Of a stretch of 38,269 nt of DNA, positions 34,871-38,269 are shown one piece after another (within the stretch, counting starts at the first letter, position 1; each line of letters begins with the position of its first letter). The stretch lies in contig CAYPTI010000003.1 of assembly GCA_964413525.1 (NCBI GenBank), positions 1-38,269 of the forward strand, given 5' to 3'. This DNA comes from an uncultured bacterium (GTDB taxonomy: Bacteria; T1Sed10-126; CAYPTI01). The notes beneath the pieces are model-generated. The model saw only the letters and a program-made list of their open reading frames with translations, did no database searches and had not been told where the DNA came from. The position numbers were made by a program, and so were the translations under genes.

Positions 34871-36328
34871 CTACCGATTCATCGTGGCGCCCGAACCATC
34901 CGAGCTTGAGGCGACCGTCTGGATGTACTCCCGCTTCCACCACCGTCCGGAATTCCATAGTTCGCCGGGGTCGGTGAATTCATACCGGTAACGCTGGATT
35001 CGAATCTCCTCGGGTCCCGGTTCGCCGGCGAACGGATTGGTCCGGAGCAACTGACTGAAGGTCTCCTCGTTTTCGAGCAATTTTTCCATCATCCCGAACA
35101 ACCAGCCAGGAGGCCGGCGTTTCATCGCCGCGAACCACAGCTGCCAGTCCAGACGTAGGTGGTAGGGTGCCCACTGTGGGGGACATCGTTCCGGGTCGGT
35201 GGGTTTGCCCTTGAACTCGTAGGTTTTCCATTCTCCGTCCCGGCACCGCCCCTCCACCACCAGTTCGTACCGGTTGCGGGTGATGGAACCGAAAGCTCCG
35301 TAGGTGTTCACCAGATTCAGCGGATCAAACCCCGCGTTCATCAGTTGATTTTCGGACAGCAGGTTCCGCGCCGGATAGTAACTCAGGATCAGAACCAGGA
35401 GACCGAACAGCACGATGACCCAGCCGTGAACCGGGTACATCTCATGAAGTCCGGCGGGAGCCAGCCATCCGAACGCATCGGAATAAAACCAGTCGGGGAT
35501 CAGGGGCAAAGCCACCACCGCGGTCAAAAAATTCAACCAGGAGAAATTTCCGGTGAGCATCAGCCAGCCCTGGAACCCGATGGTTAGCAGCCCGGCGAAG
35601 CCGGCGGCGGGCTGCGGAACAAAGTACAAAAATGGCACGACGAGTTCGACCAGATGGTTGGCCGCTACCTCCAGTTTATGCCACCAGCGGGGCAAATGGT
35701 GGGCGAACCAGCTCAACGGATTGGGCATCGGCTGGGTTTCGTAATGGTAGTCCATGCAGGTCAGGTTCCTCCAGCACCGATCTCCACGGATCTTGATTAA
35801 CCCGGCGCCGAACATCACCCGGAACAACAACCAGGCAAACAACACCAGCACCAGATCCGGGACCTCCTGATAGGCCCCTCCGAGAAAAACCGCCAGAACC
35901 CCGGTTTCGCAGAGGAACGACTCCCATCCGTACCCGTAAAATAACCGGCCAACCTTCACGAGGGACAGGTACAGAGCCCAGAGAACCAGCAGGACGAGGG
36001 ACGTGACCACGGTCCCCAGCCACTCCACCCCCAGAAACCCAATCCCCGACAGAATCAGACCCGCGACCGAGACCTGCCTGACAGCCTCGTCGTTCGGAAA
36101 GAAATGGAACACCGAGGGGGTTTCTCGAAAGCTCGACCGCTCGATCAGGTCGGTAAAGGGGAGGATGCCCTCCTCCCCCGCCAGGGGAAGAAACTGGCGG
36201 TAGACCGCGAGAAAAGCCAGAAAATACGTCAGATACAGACCACGATAAAACAGGAACCGGGCAACCCAGTACTGGTCGGAGCCGGAGATCAGAAGGTCAA
36301 CCAACTCAATCCACCTCGTCGACGGCAA
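34871..36328 (-). CDS. lipase-maturation-factor-like (LMF1 family) integral membrane protein
   Basis: 485 aa, polytopic. The N-terminus YWVARFLFYRGLYLTYFLAFLAVYRQFLPLAGEEGILP resembles bacterial LMF-family proteins as I recall them. TTG start, no clear SD. Confidence 0.65.
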   Translation of the reverse strand: MPSTRWIELVDLLISGSDQYWVARFLFYRGLYLTYFLAFLAVYRQFLPLAGEEGILPFTDLIERSSFRETPSVFHFFPNDEAVRQVSVAGLILSGIGFLGVEWLGTVVTSLVLLVLWALYLSLVKVGRLFYGYGWESFLCETGVLAVFLGGAYQEVPDLVLVLFAWLLFRVMFGAGLIKIRGDRCWRNLTCMDYHYETQPMPNPLSWFAHHLPRWWHKLEVAANHLVELVVPFLYFVPQPAAGFAGLLTIGFQGWLMLTGNFSWLNFLTAVVALPLIPDWFYSDAFGWLAPAGLHEMYPVHGWVIVLFGLLVLILSYYPARNLLSENQLMNAGFDPLNLVNTYGAFGSITRNRYELVVEGRCRDGEWKTYEFKGKPTDPERCPPQWAPYHLRLDWQLWFAAMKRRPPGWLFGMMEKLLENEETFSQLLRTNPFAGEPGPEEIRIQRYRYEFTDPGELWNSGRWWKREYIQTVASSSDGSGATMNR

Positions 36329-36582
36329 CGGCGAACGAATGTCAGGTCAGGCCACGAATCCACGTAAACCCTCATAATATTTCTCCTGAGGTAGAACGAA
36401 AGAATTTTCGGTGAGAAGTGAGGTCCAACCGGATGCCAAACCGGCGTGCCGGACAGGACCGGGTGCTTTCTCGGGTTGAGAGCCGTCACAAACAAATCGG
36501 TTTCCCGTCCGACGGATCTCCGGAAAAAGTCCGTAAACAGAGAGAAATGGTACCGGCGCACGAGGTAACGGTAGAGGATCGT

Positions 36583-37587
36583 TCAGCCGGGGAACTCAAA
36601 CGTTATTTTGCTCTCATCATCGGTATATATTTCCTGATTCTCCCCTTCCTTGATCCGGCCGAAAAGGTGATGTTCCACGTCGAGTTTCTCCCGGATGATG
36701 GAACGGTTTGATTCGTCGAGTTCAACCCCGATGCTGTTGCGTCCCTCCTCCCGGGCGGCGAGGGTCGTGGTCCCGCTGCCGAGAAACGGGTCCAGCACGG
36801 TCTCCCCGGAAAACGAGTACATCTTGATCAACCGCCGGGGCAACTCCTTTGGAAACTTGGCCACGTGATCATCCTGCCGGTCAGGCGGGAGTTCCCAGAT
36901 CCCCCGAAACCAGCGGGAGCGCTGTTGTTTGGTCAGTCGACTTTTTTCCCGGGCCTCCTCGTCGGGTCGAGGCCAGTCCCCCCGCTTCCGAAACAGCAAA
37001 ATATACTCATGTTCGTAGGTTACGTGGCCGTCCTTCGGGTAGTAGGTCGATCCCATCCACAGGCCTCCCCCGCTCGTGTTGGTTGTGGACACCTTCCGCC
37101 AGATGATGTTGCCCATGAAGTCAAACCCGAGTTCCCGTCCGATCCGGATGGTGTCGGCGGGAATCGGCTTCACCCGATACCGGTCGTAGTCCTCCGCCCG
37201 GAGGTACTGGTCCCCGATGTTGATCGCCAGTCGACAGCCCGACATCAACAGCCGATGGCACTCCGACCAGACAGACTTCAAATCCCCAAGATAGTCATCG
37301 TACGGCTGATCCGCACCGATCTGGCCCTCGGTTTCGTAATCTTTGATCTGCCAGTACGGGGGCGACGTCACCACCAGCCCGACGGACTCGTCAGGGATCT
37401 CCGGCAAGACGTCAAGTGCGTTTCCGAAAAGTACCCGGTGCGTGGTTGGAGGTTTCAACGTTCCCTCTCCAGAATCGGGGCTGACCAAACGGACGTTCTC
37501 CTCGAGCTGGTTCCACCCGTGTGGAGATCCCGGCTGAGGAGGTGTTGTCACCACGCACCGTAACAAACCGGGGTCGGTTTGAACCAC
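36583..37587 (-). CDS. beta-class N6-adenine / N4-cytosine DNA methyltransferase
   Basis: Catalytic motif IV LVVTSPPYW lies N-terminal to SAM motif I VLDPFLGSGTT, the beta-class order. GTG start without SD, so the N-terminus is uncertain. Confidence 0.85.
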   Translation of the reverse strand: MVQTDPGLLRCVVTTPPQPGSPHGWNQLEENVRLVSPDSGEGTLKPPTTHRVLFGNALDVLPEIPDESVGLVVTSPPYWQIKDYETEGQIGADQPYDDYLGDLKSVWSECHRLLMSGCRLAINIGDQYLRAEDYDRYRVKPIPADTIRIGRELGFDFMGNIIWRKVSTTNTSGGGLWMGSTYYPKDGHVTYEHEYILLFRKRGDWPRPDEEAREKSRLTKQQRSRWFRGIWELPPDRQDDHVAKFPKELPRRLIKMYSFSGETVLDPFLGSGTTTLAAREEGRNSIGVELDESNRSIIREKLDVEHHLFGRIKEGENQEIYTDDESKITFEFPG

Positions 37588-37808
37588 GAAGGTATGACGT
37601 TTACCCGGAAGCAGGAACGTTCGGGAGCTGACCGCCGAGGTGATTTTTATCTCCCGGATCGGGAGCTTTATCCCGCGTCAATTCAGGACGTTCGTTCCGT
37701 TTTGTGACCTAAGATTGGATCTGGATCGGCGAAATCAAACCGCTCGGAGGCCGTGTGGACATAAAATAGGAACAGAACAAAGGAGGGCAACGAGGTTCGC
37801 GAGGTCGA

Positions 37809-38269
37809 TCAGCGGGCGGAGACGAACTCCTTCAGTTCCCGGGCGGGGAGGGGTCTGCTGTAGAAGTAGCCCTGAGCGTAATCACAGTTGAGTCGGTTGA
37901 GAAACTCGACTTCCTTCCGACGCTCGGGACCTTCGGCGACAATCTCCAGATCAAGTTCCCGGGCAAGTTCAAAGATCGCCCGGACAAGCTTTTGATTCGA
38001 CGGTTCCCGATCAATATCGGCAATGTAGTCGCGGTCGACCTTGACCACGTCGAGCGGAAACCGGCTGAGATACTCGAGCGAGGAGTACCCGGTACCGAAA
38101 TCGTCGAGGGCGACCCTCACGTTCCTTTCATGAACCTGGTTGAGAAGCACGAGCGCGTGATCGACATCCCCCAGCGCGTGCTGCTCGGTTACCTCCAGTT
38201 CCAGCTTGGAGGGAGGAACGTCGAACCGATCCAGCTGATCTCCGAGGACCTTCACAAAATCGTTCGTCT
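37809..38269 (-). CDS. EAL-domain c-di-GMP phosphodiesterase, C-terminal part; gene continues beyond window end
   Basis: LELEVTEQ, VALDDFGTGYSSLEYL, VKVDRDYI, IVAEGPE, QGYFYSRP are EAL-domain motifs. The frame is open to the window edge, so the track's Met at 38255 is internal. Confidence 0.85.
   Translation of the reverse strand, partial: TNDFVKVLGDQLDRFDVPPSKLELEVTEQHALGDVDHALVLLNQVHERNVRVALDDFGTGYSSLEYLSRFPLDVVKVDRDYIADIDREPSNQKLVRAIFELARELDLEIVAEGPERRKEVEFLNRLNCDYAQGYFYSRPLPARELKEFVSAR

Noticed and set aside
36289-36561. 90-aa minus-strand ORF between the methyltransferase and the LMF-like gene, as a candidate restriction or partner gene.
   Set aside because: It is Arg-rich and has no motifs. 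Its 3' end overlaps the LMF gene start in another frame, and it is too small for a nuclease.
1-38269. CRISPR arrays, rRNA genes, tandem repeats.
   Set aside because: Reading the window, I found no regularly spaced direct repeats and no rRNA-like conserved segments.

Overview
Visibly GC-rich bacterial chromosomal window with an acidic proteome; I cannot assign a taxon from sequence alone.

Layout:
- Positions 1-19.7 kb are one co-directional minus-strand block of core genes: pta (partial)-coaD-htpX-pgpA-pgsA-rodZ-like-secreted protein-ftsK-pnp-rpsO-ribF-nrnA-like-rbfA-DUF503-infB-nusA-rimP. It continues with an FtsA/actin-like ATPase, a Smr protein, mpg and a HIT hydrolase.
- 19.7-25.3 kb is a patchy accessory stretch: a frameshifted EAL-like remnant; a 31-codon hydrophobic ORF with a hairpin-masked SD; and a Y1 (HUH) transposase with a DnaA_C-like HTH, bounded by perfect 31-bp inverted repeats and split by an in-frame TAG. 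It also holds a PaaI-type thioesterase, an MFS transporter, about 530 nt without coding signal, tRNA-Asn(GTT), a hypothetical gene and a stand-alone XdhC-like gene.
- The rest: mfd (+), an SDR/epimerase and glnA (-), typA (+), a CoA-binding protein (+), a lipase-maturation-factor-like membrane protein, an apparently orphan beta-class N4/N6 DNA methyltransferase, and a partial EAL gene (all -).

Best candidate for something undescribed: a ~190-nt non-coding element present twice on the + strand (29126-29313 after mfd, 34125-34314 after typA). The two copies have conserved blocks, non-codon-like divergence, a shared long-range helix, a sequence-variable hairpin at the same position and a terminal T-run. 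I do not recognise it as any known RNA family.

Many long ORFs in the track are antisense shadows of real genes, as expected at high GC, and were rejected. No CRISPR array or rRNA was seen.
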